A stretch of 64,000 bases of DNA from an uncultured Faecalibacterium sp. (lineage in GTDB: Bacteria > Bacillota > Clostridia > Oscillospirales > Ruminococcaceae): positions 108,351 to 172,350 of the forward strand of contig CALFLK010000025.1 in the NCBI GenBank assembly GCA_937880095.1, written 5' to 3'. Positions 1 to 10,610 of the stretch are shown here, in pieces; the stretch's first letter is position 1, and each line of letters begins with the position of its first letter. A program made the translations under genes and the position numbers. The notes beneath the pieces are model-generated. The model was not told the origin of the DNA, did not search any database, and saw only the letters and a list, made by a program, of their open reading frames with translations.

Positions 1-1
1 A

Positions 2-367
2 GTTATGGTCTACGGCGACGGCGCATTCAAGGACCCCGTCGGCAAGATCTGGGAGCTGGCTGACCCCGTTGTAAGCCCCGCTTACACCTCTGGTCTGGAG
101 GGCACCCCCAACGAGCTGAAGCTGAAGTACCTGGCAGACAACGATTTCGCTGATCTGTCCGGCGACGAGCTGAAGGCAGCTATCAAGGAAAAGATCCAGC
201 AGAAGGACGGCAGCAGCCTGGTTGGCCAGATGGCTTCCGAAGGCACTACCCCCCGTCAGCTGACCGACCTGATCGGTTCTCTGTGCGACCTGACCTCCGG
301 TTCCGGCGACAAGGGTACTCCTATTGTGTATATTCAGGGCTACTTCGACAACTACACCACCGAATAA
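2..367 (+). CDS. 3' end of a gene that starts upstream of the window; product unknown
   Basis: The open frame runs from the window edge to the stop at 365-367 and is followed by a strong terminator hairpin. No family-defining motif was recognised in the 120 aa visible. Confidence 0.4.
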   Translation, partial: VMVYGDGAFKDPVGKIWELADPVVSPAYTSGLEGTPNELKLKYLADNDFADLSGDELKAAIKEKIQQKDGSSLVGQMASEGTTPRQLTDLIGSLCDLTSGSGDKGTPIVYIQGYFDNYTTE

Positions 368-388
368 GCTCTGCGCAAAGCAAATCAT

Positions 389-430
389 AAAAAAGGGACG
401 GCACCACATGGTGCCGTCCCTTTTTGTTTT
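389..430. terminator. bidirectional intrinsic terminator
   Basis: An 11-bp perfect stem GGGACGGCACC/GGTGCCGTCCC (395-405 / 410-420) is flanked by an A-run and a T-run, between convergent genes. Confidence 0.85.
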
Positions 431-444
431 TTACAGGCTGCTGC

Positions 445-990
445 TTACAGCGCCCAAGTCATTTTCACTGTGCCGTCCAGATCTTTCCAAGTAAAGCCCG
501 CATCATCCAGCATCATGTAGCCGTGCCAGCTATCTTCCTTCGGAATGGAAACCGAACCGGGATTCAGATACTGCACACCGTCCACATCCTCGCAGGCGGG
601 TACATGGGTATGACCATGCAGCAGAATATCACCCTTAGCCAGCGGGGGCATCTGTGCCTTGTTGAACTTATGACCATGGGTCACAAACATAGTACGGCCG
701 CCGGATAGCGCAACCAGCGCATAGGTTGCCAGAATGGGGAAGTCCAGCACCATCTGGTCCACATCACCGTCACAGTTGCCTTGCACACACATCAGCTTTT
801 CCTTGCGGGGATTCAGCATGGCGATCACTTCTTTGGGTGCGTAGTCACGGGGCAGATCATTGCGGGGACCGTGGTACAAAATGTCACCCAACAGCAGCAG
901 CTTATCCGGATTTTCCCGGTCCATTGCCTCCAGCATCTGGCGGCAGTAATATGCCGAACCGTGGATATCCGATGCAATCATGTATTTCAT
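445..990 (-). CDS. YfcE-type metallophosphoesterase (MJ0936 family phosphodiesterase)
   Basis: Carries the motifs DIHG, GDILYHGPRN, GNCD and GHTH. An RBS (GGAGGA) lies upstream of the ATG at 990. Confidence 0.85.
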   Translation of the reverse strand: MKYMIASDIHGSAYYCRQMLEAMDRENPDKLLLLGDILYHGPRNDLPRDYAPKEVIAMLNPRKEKLMCVQGNCDGDVDQMVLDFPILATYALVALSGGRTMFVTHGHKFNKAQMPPLAKGDILLHGHTHVPACEDVDGVQYLNPGSVSIPKEDSWHGYMMLDDAGFTWKDLDGTVKMTWAL

Positions 991-1011
991 TGTATTTCCT
1001 CCTTGCTATAC

Positions 1012-2436
1012 TTAAGCATTCTGGTTTGCACCAGAGCAGCATTCCGTTTCAGGCTGACCGTGCAGGGGGTTCCAACTGCCGTTGAGATAGCAGCGCAGAT
1101 ACAAAACAAACATCAGCATATTATGCAGGATCATGCAAGCCCATGCAGACACCAGACCAAAGCCCAAAATGCGGGTGCAGATAAAGGTGCCCAAGATACG
1201 CACCAGCCACATACCGGCTACGCCATACAAAAACGGCTGTCGTGTTTTGCCAACGCCCAGCATGACGCCCTGCACGATAATATAAAAACCAAAGAACGGT
1301 TCCGACACAGCCACCATACGAAGCACCGTCGTACCCAGTTCGATTACGTCTGCGCTGGAAGAGAACACGCTCATCAGCATCGGTGCCAGCATAAACAGTG
1401 CCGCACCGGAAACCACCATCAAACTGATTTCCAGCGGCAGCAGGATGCGCGCCAAATGCTTCATGCGCTTGTTATCACCGGCACCGTAGGCATTGCCCGC
1501 CAGCGTAGCAGCAGCAATCTCCATGCCGTGACCCGGAATGTAGAATGCGGATTCTACGGTGTTCGCAATGGTATGCGCCGCAGCAGCAACTTCGCCCAGC
1601 GCATTGATCATGGTTGCGAATGCTACAAAGCCCAGAGAGGTCGCAAAACGCTGCATCATATTGGGAATGGTGACCGTCATGCAGGGACGCAGAATGGATT
1701 TATCCGGGCGCAGCGGCTGATTCTTGGGCGAAACCGTAGGATGCCGGTACAGCACAACCGTAATGCAGATACCGCCAACCGTAAAGGCAATCGCGCTGGC
1801 TGCTGCTGCACCAACAACACCCCAGCCTGCGCCGTAAATGGTCATGGACGTACCAAACAGCTCCACCGTACGGGTGGGGTAGATGAACAGGATATTCAAA
1901 ACAATATTGATCAGGTTCACCAGCAGACCGATCTTCATCGGCGTTTTTGTATCACCGGCAGCGCGCAGTACTGTACCGAAAACAATGCTGGCTGTGCGGG
2001 GCAGCATCGGCAGGTACAGCACGAAGAAATATCGGGACGTTAACTCCCGAATTGCCTCCGGCACCTGCATCCAAATCGGAATTTGTCCGCTCAGACCCAG
2101 CGTCAGCACCGTTGTGAGGATACCGGTAAACAAAACCATGGTTACCGCCTGACCGGATGCACGGCGCGCACGGTCATTTTCTCCCGCGCCCTGCGCGCGG
2201 GAAATATATGCCAAAAAGCCGATACCCACCGCTGACAGCGTGTCTGTAACTAACCAGTTTACTGTACCAGTAGCACCAACCGCAGCAGTTGCATAAGTAC
2301 CCAATACACCGACCATTGCTGTATCGATGTACTGCACCGCGGTCTGCATCATTTGCTCCAACATGGTAGGCCATGCCAGTGCCACGATGACACACAGCAT
2401 CTCCCAGTTGGGACCCGAAAAGAGTTTCCTTTTCAT
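1012..2436 (-). CDS. MATE family efflux transporter
   Basis: A 12-TM hydrophobic protein with a MATE-like duplicated architecture. The start was moved to the internal ATG at 2434-2436, which has a GGAGGGGG RBS; the longer ORF-track start has none. Confidence 0.85.
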   Translation of the reverse strand: MKRKLFSGPNWEMLCVIVALAWPTMLEQMMQTAVQYIDTAMVGVLGTYATAAVGATGTVNWLVTDTLSAVGIGFLAYISRAQGAGENDRARRASGQAVTMVLFTGILTTVLTLGLSGQIPIWMQVPEAIRELTSRYFFVLYLPMLPRTASIVFGTVLRAAGDTKTPMKIGLLVNLINIVLNILFIYPTRTVELFGTSMTIYGAGWGVVGAAAASAIAFTVGGICITVVLYRHPTVSPKNQPLRPDKSILRPCMTVTIPNMMQRFATSLGFVAFATMINALGEVAAAAHTIANTVESAFYIPGHGMEIAAATLAGNAYGAGDNKRMKHLARILLPLEISLMVVSGAALFMLAPMLMSVFSSSADVIELGTTVLRMVAVSEPFFGFYIIVQGVMLGVGKTRQPFLYGVAGMWLVRILGTFICTRILGFGLVSAWACMILHNMLMFVLYLRCYLNGSWNPLHGQPETECCSGANQNA

Positions 2437-2612
2437 AACGTTCCCCCTCCTATTTTCTGGTCTTTTCCTATTCTTCGCCGCAATTTTATTTCCTTCTATT
2501 ATAAATGACAACCTGGGGGGAAAGTCAACCCCACTGGTAAAATCTACTTTTATGGGACACAATCTGTGCTATACTGAATTTATCATATCCAAGCGACACA
2601 AGGGAGGCTGCT

Positions 2613-3752
2613 ATGAAACTGTTTCATCTGTCCGACCTGCATCTGGGCAAGCGTGTAAACGGCTTTTCCATGCTGGAGGATCAGGACCACATCCTGCGCC
2701 AGATTCTGGCGCTGGTCGACACCGAACAACCAGACGGCATTTTGATTGCCGGCGATGTATACGACAAATCCGTACCCGGCACCGAAGCGGTACGCCTGTT
2801 CGACGACTTTTTGTGTGCGCTGGCAACCCGCAGAATTCCGGTTTTTGTCATCAGCGGCAACCACGATTCGCCGGAGCGTCTGGCTTTCGGCAATCGTTTG
2901 ATGGACGCCAGCGGCATCCATCTCAGCCCGGTTTACAACGGAACGGTAACGCCCATTGATTTGCATGACGCGTTTGGTCCGGTCCATTTTTATCTGCTGC
3001 CCTTTGTAAAACCGATTCATGTACGTCGTTTCTTTCCGGAAGAAACCCTCGAAAGCTACACCGATGCACTGGCTTGCGCGGTCAATGCCATGCACATCGA
3101 CCCCGCCGAGCGAAATGTTCTGCTGACACACCAGTTTGTCACCGGAGCAGCCCGGTCGGATTCTGAAGAAATCACCGTAGGCGGTACAGATAACGTAGAC
3201 CTTTCTCTCTTTGACGACTTTGATTATGTGGCACTGGGTCACATTCACGGTCCGCAGACACTGGCTGAAAACCGTGTGCGCTACTGCGGCACTCCGCTGA
3301 AATATTCTTTCTCCGAGGTCAATCACAAAAAATCTGTTACGGTGGTGGATCTTGCCGAAAAGGGCAGCGTTGCGCTGCGAACCTTACCGCTGACCCCGCT
3401 GCACGATTTGCGGGAAATCAAGGGCACTTATGCCGACGTGACCTGCAAACGCAGCTGGGAAAACACCCCTACCGACGACTATATGCACATCACCCTCACG
3501 GATGAAGAAGATGTACCGGATGCACTGGCAAAACTGCGTGTGATTTATCCCAATTTGATGAAGCTGGATTATGACAACCAGCGCACCCGCTCCCAGACCC
3601 AGCTGGAAGTCATCGAAGAGGTCCAGCACATTGACCCGCTGGACTTGTTCGACCAGTTTTACACCCAGCAAAACAACCAGCCCCTTTCGGACGAGCAGCG
3701 CAGCTTTGTGCGCGATTTGATTACATCCATTTGGGAAAAGGAGGAGCTATGA
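2613..3752 (+). CDS. sbcD: exonuclease SbcCD, nuclease subunit D (Mre11 family)
   Basis: The N-terminus reads MKLFHLSDLHLG, followed by GDVYD, GNHD and GHIHG phosphoesterase motifs. An RBS (GGAGG) is present, and the stop overlaps the sbcC start (ATGA). Confidence 0.9.
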   Translation: MKLFHLSDLHLGKRVNGFSMLEDQDHILRQILALVDTEQPDGILIAGDVYDKSVPGTEAVRLFDDFLCALATRRIPVFVISGNHDSPERLAFGNRLMDASGIHLSPVYNGTVTPIDLHDAFGPVHFYLLPFVKPIHVRRFFPEETLESYTDALACAVNAMHIDPAERNVLLTHQFVTGAARSDSEEITVGGTDNVDLSLFDDFDYVALGHIHGPQTLAENRVRYCGTPLKYSFSEVNHKKSVTVVDLAEKGSVALRTLPLTPLHDLREIKGTYADVTCKRSWENTPTDDYMHITLTDEEDVPDALAKLRVIYPNLMKLDYDNQRTRSQTQLEVIEEVQHIDPLDLFDQFYTQQNNQPLSDEQRSFVRDLITSIWEKEEL

Positions 3753-6700
3753 GACCTTTAACACTGCGCATTTCCGCCTTTGGTCCCTATGCCGGTTTGA
3801 CCGAAGTGGATATGGAACGTCTGGGCAAAGGCGGACTGTATCTGATTACCGGCGATACCGGTGCCGGTAAAACCACCTTGTTTGATGCCATCACATTCGC
3901 CTTATACGGCGAAGCCAGCGGCGAAAACCGCAAAGCCAGCATGATGCGCTCTAAATATGCGGAACCTGCTACGCCCACCTTTGTGGAGCTGCGCTTTTCC
4001 TGCCGCAACAAGGAATATACCGTATGGCGCTGCCCGGAATATGAACGTCCCGCCAAGCGCGGCAGTGGTTTGACCACACAGGCTGCGCAGGCAGAATTGA
4101 CTATGCCGGATGGCAGCGTTGTCACCGGTCTGGTCACCGTGACAGAGAAAATCAACAGCATTTTGGGTGTGAACCGAAATCAGTTTTCCCGCATTGCCAT
4201 GATTGCTCAGGGCGATTTTATGAAGCTGCTTTTTGCCGACACCAAAGAGCGGCAGCGGATTTTCCGAGAACTGTTTAAGACACACAAATTCGAAATGCTG
4301 CAGAACAGCATCGGCAAGGCAGCACAGGATTTACGCACCGATTGTGACTGCGCCCGCAAGAACGTGGCACTGTATATCAATAGCCTGACCTGCCCCGCAG
4401 AAGATGTACTGGCACCCCAGCTGGAAAAAGCGAAACAGAACCAGCTTCCTTTTGCGGACACCCTCGCTCTGACAGAGCAACTGCTACTGCAGGACGAAAC
4501 CCGCAAAAAACAGCTGGAACAGCAGCTTGCACAACTGAATGAAACGCTGGAACAAGCCAGCAGTCGGCTGAACGAAGCGAAACATATCGAAGAAACGAAA
4601 GCCGAATTGGATGAAACACAAGCAAAGCGCAATCAGCTGGCTCCGCAGCTGGACGAGCTGAATTCCCTGTGGAGCGAGTGGAACAGCGACGCAGCACAGA
4701 AAGCGCAGAAAGAGCTGGAGCAGAAAATTATCACGCTGGAAAACGCCATGCCCCAGTATGCCGAACTGGCAAAACAGCAGGAGTTGGTTGCAGAAACAAA
4801 CCGGCAAATCGTGTTTGAAAATGCTGCACAAACCGAACGTCAGAAAGCCGTGGATTCTGCTGCCCACCAGTTGACCGACGCACGGCAAACCTTGGATGAT
4901 TTGCAAAATGTGGATGTGCAAATGGCGCAGCTGCTTCATCAGCAGGAGGAACTGAACCAGAAAATCAGCGCGCTGAACGACCTGAACCATGCGCTGACGG
5001 CTTATCGGTCTGCGCAAAACACAGCACGCGAAGCGAGCAAAGCACACGCTGCGGCAGAATCCGACTACAACAGCGCCAAAGACAAACAGCAGCCTTTACG
5101 GGATACCATTGAAGCCGAAAAAGCCGAAGTATCGAAACTTTCCGAAGCACCCGCACAGCTGGAGCGCATCAAAGCGGAGGGGTTCCGTCAGACCGACCGG
5201 CAGAACGAGCTGAAAAAAGCGCAGCAGGATTTGGCAGATTGCGCTGCGCTGCGTCAAAAACTGGAGCAGGCACAGCAAATCTATCGGGAAGCCCGCGCCA
5301 ACGCAGACGCTTTGGACGCAGATTATAAAGCCAAGCACAAGGCATTTTTGGATGAACAGGCAGGCGTCCTTGCCGAATCCTTGCAGCCGAATCTGCCTTG
5401 TCCGGTGTGTGGCTCCATCCATCACCCCAACCCTGCCGCAATGACCGCAGGCGCGCCCAGCCGGGAGCAGGTAGATACTGCACGCAGTCTAGCGGAAGAA
5501 GCCGGCAATGCCGCTTTGCGCGCCAGCACCGAAGCAAACCGGCAGAAGGGTACCGTGGAAAGCAGCGAAAAGGTCCTGTATGAACAAATCGCATCCCTGC
5601 TGGGTCAGGCGGTATCCATTTCGCAGGCACCCCAGCACATCGAAGCTGCTCTTAGCGAGACCGAAGCAAACCTGAACAACCTGCGGGAAGCTTATCTGAA
5701 ATGCGCACAGGACGTGCAGGAAAAGGGTAAACACGAAGCCGAGCAGAAACGGCTGGAACAGGCGCTGCAAACGCTGGAAAAACAGCTGGAAATCTTGCAA
5801 AAAGCCGTCACGGATACCCTCAACCAGCGCACCGCAGCCGAGAGTGCCGTAAATCATCAGGAAACCCAGCTCAAGCAGCAAGCTGCTGCCTTGCTGGGCA
5901 ATGCCGATTTGGTATCCCTCCCCAAAATCTTGTCGGAGCAGTCGGAAACCTATCGCACACACAATGACACTCTGCAAAGTGAACTTCGTGCGCAGCAAAA
6001 TCTCGTAACAAAGCGTGATACTCTGCGGGAGCAAATCCCCACGCTGGAAACCGCAAAATCCGATGCCGAATCCGCACTGGAAAACGGTCGTGCGCGCATT
6101 GTCAACTTGACCACACGGTGTGCCGCACAAAAGGCAACTATGGAAAGTCTGGTCCAAGCCTTGCCGCTGGAAAATCACAGCGAAGCACAAGCCCAGCTGA
6201 CCAAATATCAGAACCAGCGTACCGAACGGGAAGAACACAAACGCACCCTGCAAGAAAAGCGGGAAAATCTGAGCAAAGCACTCTCTTCGCTGGATGGCAG
6301 CATCCAGCAAATGACCAAAACAGTAGAACAAGCCCCCAACGTAGACCTTGACGCTTTGGAAACCGAAATCGACGCGCAAAGACAAAATCGTGACCAGTTG
6401 GACAAGCAAAAGCAGGATGTTTATGCACGCTATCAAGCAAACACTGCTGCGCGTGACCAGATGGTCCAGCACGCCAAAACCTTAGACGAACTGGAAACCC
6501 GCTATCGCTGGGTCAATGCGCTGGACGAAACCGCCGCAGGTAAAATTTCTGGCAAGAGCAAAGTCATGCTGGAAACTTATGTACAGATGACCTATTTTGA
6601 CCGCATCATCCGCCGCGCCAATCTGCGGCTGCGTACCATGAGCGGTGGTCAGTACCAGTTGATCCGCCGTGAGCAGGCAGAAAACAATCGCAGCCAATCC

Positions 6701-7051
6701 GGCTTGGAACTGGATGTCATCGACCATTACAACGCCACCCAGCGCAGCGTAAAAACCCTCAGCGGCGGTGAAAGTTTTCAGGCTTCCTTGTCGCTTGCGC
6801 TGGGGCTGTCGGATGAAATCCAATATTCCGCCGGAGGCATCAAACTGGACAGTATGTTTGTGGACGAAGGCTTTGGCTCTCTGGATGAAGACTCCTTGCA
6901 TCAGGCAGTTTCCGCTTTGTCCAGCCTGACTGAAGGGGACCGTCTGGTGGGTATCATCTCCCATGTAGGCGAGCTGAAAAATAAAATCCCCTGTCAAATT
7001 CTGGTCAAAAAAGATAAATCCGGCGGAAGCCGCATCGAAATCCAAACCTGA
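3749..7051 (+). CDS. sbcC: exonuclease SbcCD, ATPase subunit C (Rad50/SMC-like)
   Basis: Has a Walker A GDTGAGKTT, a very long coiled coil with a central CPVC zinc hook, a C-terminal LSGGE signature and a Walker B MFVDEGFG. The start was set at the ATG overlapping the sbcD stop. Confidence 0.9.
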   Translation: MRPLTLRISAFGPYAGLTEVDMERLGKGGLYLITGDTGAGKTTLFDAITFALYGEASGENRKASMMRSKYAEPATPTFVELRFSCRNKEYTVWRCPEYERPAKRGSGLTTQAAQAELTMPDGSVVTGLVTVTEKINSILGVNRNQFSRIAMIAQGDFMKLLFADTKERQRIFRELFKTHKFEMLQNSIGKAAQDLRTDCDCARKNVALYINSLTCPAEDVLAPQLEKAKQNQLPFADTLALTEQLLLQDETRKKQLEQQLAQLNETLEQASSRLNEAKHIEETKAELDETQAKRNQLAPQLDELNSLWSEWNSDAAQKAQKELEQKIITLENAMPQYAELAKQQELVAETNRQIVFENAAQTERQKAVDSAAHQLTDARQTLDDLQNVDVQMAQLLHQQEELNQKISALNDLNHALTAYRSAQNTAREASKAHAAAESDYNSAKDKQQPLRDTIEAEKAEVSKLSEAPAQLERIKAEGFRQTDRQNELKKAQQDLADCAALRQKLEQAQQIYREARANADALDADYKAKHKAFLDEQAGVLAESLQPNLPCPVCGSIHHPNPAAMTAGAPSREQVDTARSLAEEAGNAALRASTEANRQKGTVESSEKVLYEQIASLLGQAVSISQAPQHIEAALSETEANLNNLREAYLKCAQDVQEKGKHEAEQKRLEQALQTLEKQLEILQKAVTDTLNQRTAAESAVNHQETQLKQQAAALLGNADLVSLPKILSEQSETYRTHNDTLQSELRAQQNLVTKRDTLREQIPTLETAKSDAESALENGRARIVNLTTRCAAQKATMESLVQALPLENHSEAQAQLTKYQNQRTEREEHKRTLQEKRENLSKALSSLDGSIQQMTKTVEQAPNVDLDALETEIDAQRQNRDQLDKQKQDVYARYQANTAARDQMVQHAKTLDELETRYRWVNALDETAAGKISGKSKVMLETYVQMTYFDRIIRRANLRLRTMSGGQYQLIRREQAENNRSQSGLELDVIDHYNATQRSVKTLSGGESFQASLSLALGLSDEIQYSAGGIKLDSMFVDEGFGSLDEDSLHQAVSALSSLTEGDRLVGIISHVGELKNKIPCQILVKKDKSGGSRIEIQT

Positions 7052-7083
7052 TTCCACACAAATCTTGAAAAGGACGTGTTTTT

Positions 7084-7884
7084 ATGGAAGATTCTATCCG
7101 TGTTGTGATTTCTCCCGACCGCTGTGTCAGCTGCGGTCTTTGTATTCAGGACTGTGCCTCGCACGCACTGAAACTGACGGAAAACGGTGTTGCCTGCACA
7201 CGACCCTGTCTGGAATGCGGTCACTGTGTTGCCATTTGTCCTGCCCATGCGGTGTCCATGCCGGAACTGGATATGGCAGATGTAACGGAATATGACCCCG
7301 ACTCGTTTTCTGTTGATCCGGACCATCTGCTGAATTTGATGAAATTCCGCCGCAGCGTGCGTTCTTTCACCAGCCAGCCCGTATCGGACAAGGTTCTGAT
7401 GCAGATTTTACAGGCAGGCCGTCACGCTCCTACCGCAAAAAATGTACAGGGGCTGCACTTTGTCGCCCTGCAAAAAGAGCTGCCCGCATTTCGGCAGGCA
7501 TTCTGGGACGCTATGCCGGATGTGATTGCAGCCTGCGGTGCAGATGATCCCGCTGCACGGCTGTGCGCACGCTTTTACGAAAAGCACCAGAAAACCGGGT
7601 ATGACCCGTTCTTTATGAATGCCCCCGCCGTGTTGCTGGTCTGCGGCGGCAGCTTCTGGGATGCCGGCCTTGCTGCCGGGAATATGGAGTTGATGGCTTC
7701 TGCCAACGGTCTGGGCTTCTTGCATGACGGCTTTTTGCAGCAGGCGCTACTACACGCACCCCAACTGCTGGAGCCGCTTGGGCTGGCAGATATCCCTGTC
7801 ACAGCCTGTATGCTCACCGGCTATGCGGAACGCACTTACGCCCGCACCGCACCCCGCAAGATGACCGATTTACAGGTGCGCTAA
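7084..7884 (+). CDS. nitroreductase-family protein with an N-terminal 2x[4Fe-4S] ferredoxin domain
   Basis: Two CxxCxxCxxxCP-type clusters (CVSCGLCIQDC, CLECGHCVAICP) are followed by a nitroreductase-like RRSVRSF...GRHAPTAKN core. Confidence 0.8.
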   Translation: MEDSIRVVISPDRCVSCGLCIQDCASHALKLTENGVACTRPCLECGHCVAICPAHAVSMPELDMADVTEYDPDSFSVDPDHLLNLMKFRRSVRSFTSQPVSDKVLMQILQAGRHAPTAKNVQGLHFVALQKELPAFRQAFWDAMPDVIAACGADDPAARLCARFYEKHQKTGYDPFFMNAPAVLLVCGGSFWDAGLAAGNMELMASANGLGFLHDGFLQQALLHAPQLLEPLGLADIPVTACMLTGYAERTYARTAPRKMTDLQVR

Positions 7885-7900
7885 AAACAATATACACAAC

Positions 7901-7938
7901 AAAAAGGCTCGTATCCACAATGGATACGAGCCTTTTTT
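7901..7938. terminator. bidirectional intrinsic terminator
   Basis: A 12-bp stem GGCTCGTATCCA/TGGATACGAGCC is flanked by A5 and T6, between convergent genes. Confidence 0.85.
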
Positions 7939-7949
7939 ATTGAACTACT

Positions 7950-10610
7950 TTACTGCTTTTGGGCGTTCTGCTTCTTCTTTTTCCACTTTCTTCTGGAATG
8001 ACCAAAAATCAGCAGCAGCAAAAGCAGCACACCGCCACAAGCTGCGCCGGACACAATCCAAGCGGTCTGGTCCGGCTGTGCTACCAGACAGAACCCGTCA
8101 TCCTCTGCATTCACAGCGAATACCAGATACTGACCGTTCTTCTGCACGTCTGCCACACGCCATTCGCCTTCTGTGCTGCGCAGCTGCACCTGAATATGGT
8201 TGATGTCTGCATCCTCCGGGCAAGCTACACGCAGCCGGGTCAGCTTTTCATCTGCAAAATGAGGAATCTGCCAGCTTTCCAGCAACGTTTCGCCTTCTTG
8301 CAATGTGGGTTGATCGTCCAGCGTTTCCAGCGGGAGCTGGTCGTGATGACAGAATTCTCCTTCCGCCAGCAGCACCGCTGCACCGTTGTCCCGCTCCTGC
8401 TTGCTGCGCAGGGTAGTGCGGTGGGTTTCGTACACCGCCGGGTAGGTATGGTCAAAATAAATGTGGGTTCGGTCGGCTTCTTCCAAACCGTCCCAGCTGC
8501 CGATTTTTCCTTGTTCATCCGTGACAGCCGGTACCGCATCTTCTTCCAGCGGTTCACCCAGCGGAACCTGCACCGGTATTTCTGTACCATCTGCCTGCCG
8601 GAAGGTCAGGGTAGAAGCGCTGAACACCTCAGGCAGATTCTCCAGCTGCAAGAAAGCATCCCGCTCCATCGGCTGTGCAATCTCTGCATAGCTGATGCCG
8701 TCGATTCCGCCGAAATCCTGATCCGTTACCAGATACCAGTTCCGGGCAATCGGGTCGGTTTCTTCTTCATGTCCCGTCAGTCGCTCGCCCAGCACAGCGC
8801 CCAGCTTTTCGGCGCCGTCCTGAATAGTGACAACACTGCGGCAGTCGGTTGCAATCACTGCACCACCTGCAATGCCGCCCACGCTGCTGTTACCAGACAG
8901 CTTGCACTTTGCATTACATCCACGGATATAACCTGCGCTGTTGCCTGCGATGCCGCCTACCTGACGGGCGTTTTCTGCATCCAGATCGCCGGTGTTCGTG
9001 CAGTCTTTTACCAGTCCGCACGCCTGCCAGCCAACGATACCGCCCACCTGACGCTTTTTTGCAGAGATGACGGCATGGTTTTCGCAGTCACGCACAACCG
9101 CACGCAGTTCGCCCTTGAAATGCAGCGAGCGATTGCCGCTGAACTGCAAATCATCTTCCGGGTCCAAATCATTTTCCCATGCGATTGCGCCAGCGATACC
9201 GCCTATATTCAAATCGCCGTCTACGGCGCCTGTGTTGGCGCACTGCGCCACTTTGCCCGTCAAATCATCCGGGGTGTCCTTGTCCGAAATATCCGTCATA
9301 CTGCCGCCCAAATTGGCGGATGCGTTATCCAGCGTTTTACTGATGGCTTCCATCTGCTTTGCCATTGCCTGCACGTCACCAGCCAGCGTGGTTGCGGTAT
9401 TGTGTGCCGATTCCACCATGCCGTCCATCGTGCCGTTCATGGCGCTGACGCTGCTGCTCAGCGCATTTTTTGCTGCAAGGATTCCGTCCTCATCCGGCAG
9501 ATGGGGGTTATCCTTATCTGGTACCAGCTGGTCGATGGCATCCACTGCCGTTCCCGCATAGCCCTGCATGGCGTTTACCTGATCCTGCATAGCGCTGGTG
9601 CTGTTCTTGACGTTTGCAGCTGCCTGATCTGCCAGAGAAGCCGTCTTTTTCATTTGCTGCTGCAAAATTTGCAGTGTATCTTTTCCGTATTCGATATGGG
9701 GGATGGGTTCGATCTGACCCACAATGCCGCCCACTTCCTTACGACCATTGACCGTGCCGAAATTGGCGCAGTCCATAATCAATCCAGTCTGACTGCCAGC
9801 GATACCGCCCACGTTGTAGCCCATGTGCTGGTAACCAACAGTAGCGTGGTTTTCACAGCTGCGCACCACGCCGCTGCTGGTTCCGGCAATACCGCCAATA
9901 TCCGTTGTGGTGCGTGCCGATTCGGTACCCGTCAGAGTATGCAGCGAAACATCCGCCAAATCTACGCGGTTCTGGTCTGCCGTCACGTTCACCTGTGCTT
10001 CGTTGCGGCAATCCCGCACGGTACCGGCATTTTCGCCTGTAATGCCACCCACAAAGTGTTCGCCGTCCACGCTGCCTTCGACCTGACTGTTTTCAATCAG
10101 ACCGCTGACCGTATTCACACCGGCAATGCCGCCGATTTGGCGTCCGCCGGATGCCTGTCCTGTAAAGGTACAATTTCGAATCGTACCGCTGTTAGAACCT
10201 GCGATACCGCCTACTGCGGCACGGCTGCCCTCCGGCGATACTTTACCGCGCACCGACAAATCCTGCACCAGCGCTGTTTTTGTCAGATAACGGAACAAGC
10301 CCTGTACCGAGCCTTCCTCCTGCAAAGAAAGCCCGCTGATGGTATGACCGTTGCCCCGGAACTCGCCGCAGAAAATCGGGATTCCGGCAAAATTCACATC
10401 AGAAAGATCCACGTCCGTTTCCAATTCCACAACCAGATTTTTGCTGTAGGAATCCAGTCGGCAAGCCTCTACAAATTGGAGGAACTCCGCCTTTTCCGTG
10501 ATATGGATTTCCTGCGGCTCAGTTTCTGCCGCAAAAGCAGGGCAGATACCACAGACCAAAATACACAAACTCAGGCATACTGCCAGGATCGCTTTACTTG
10601 TTTTCTTCAT
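7950..10610 (-). CDS. large cell-surface protein with many GLUG-type repeats, a central helical region and a C-terminal membrane anchor
   Basis: Has a signal peptide (MKKTSKAILAVCLSLCILVCGICPAFA). More than 12 repeats of the form (V/I)GGI(A/V)G..sG.I..C.N are present, then a C-terminal hydrophobic helix followed by RRKWKKKK. The start at 10610 has a GGAGGACAGG RBS located inside the end of the upstream MMPL gene. Confidence 0.75.
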   Translation of the reverse strand: MKKTSKAILAVCLSLCILVCGICPAFAAETEPQEIHITEKAEFLQFVEACRLDSYSKNLVVELETDVDLSDVNFAGIPIFCGEFRGNGHTISGLSLQEEGSVQGLFRYLTKTALVQDLSVRGKVSPEGSRAAVGGIAGSNSGTIRNCTFTGQASGGRQIGGIAGVNTVSGLIENSQVEGSVDGEHFVGGITGENAGTVRDCRNEAQVNVTADQNRVDLADVSLHTLTGTESARTTTDIGGIAGTSSGVVRSCENHATVGYQHMGYNVGGIAGSQTGLIMDCANFGTVNGRKEVGGIVGQIEPIPHIEYGKDTLQILQQQMKKTASLADQAAANVKNSTSAMQDQVNAMQGYAGTAVDAIDQLVPDKDNPHLPDEDGILAAKNALSSSVSAMNGTMDGMVESAHNTATTLAGDVQAMAKQMEAISKTLDNASANLGGSMTDISDKDTPDDLTGKVAQCANTGAVDGDLNIGGIAGAIAWENDLDPEDDLQFSGNRSLHFKGELRAVVRDCENHAVISAKKRQVGGIVGWQACGLVKDCTNTGDLDAENARQVGGIAGNSAGYIRGCNAKCKLSGNSSVGGIAGGAVIATDCRSVVTIQDGAEKLGAVLGERLTGHEEETDPIARNWYLVTDQDFGGIDGISYAEIAQPMERDAFLQLENLPEVFSASTLTFRQADGTEIPVQVPLGEPLEEDAVPAVTDEQGKIGSWDGLEEADRTHIYFDHTYPAVYETHRTTLRSKQERDNGAAVLLAEGEFCHHDQLPLETLDDQPTLQEGETLLESWQIPHFADEKLTRLRVACPEDADINHIQVQLRSTEGEWRVADVQKNGQYLVFAVNAEDDGFCLVAQPDQTAWIVSGAACGGVLLLLLLIFGHSRRKWKKKKQNAQKQ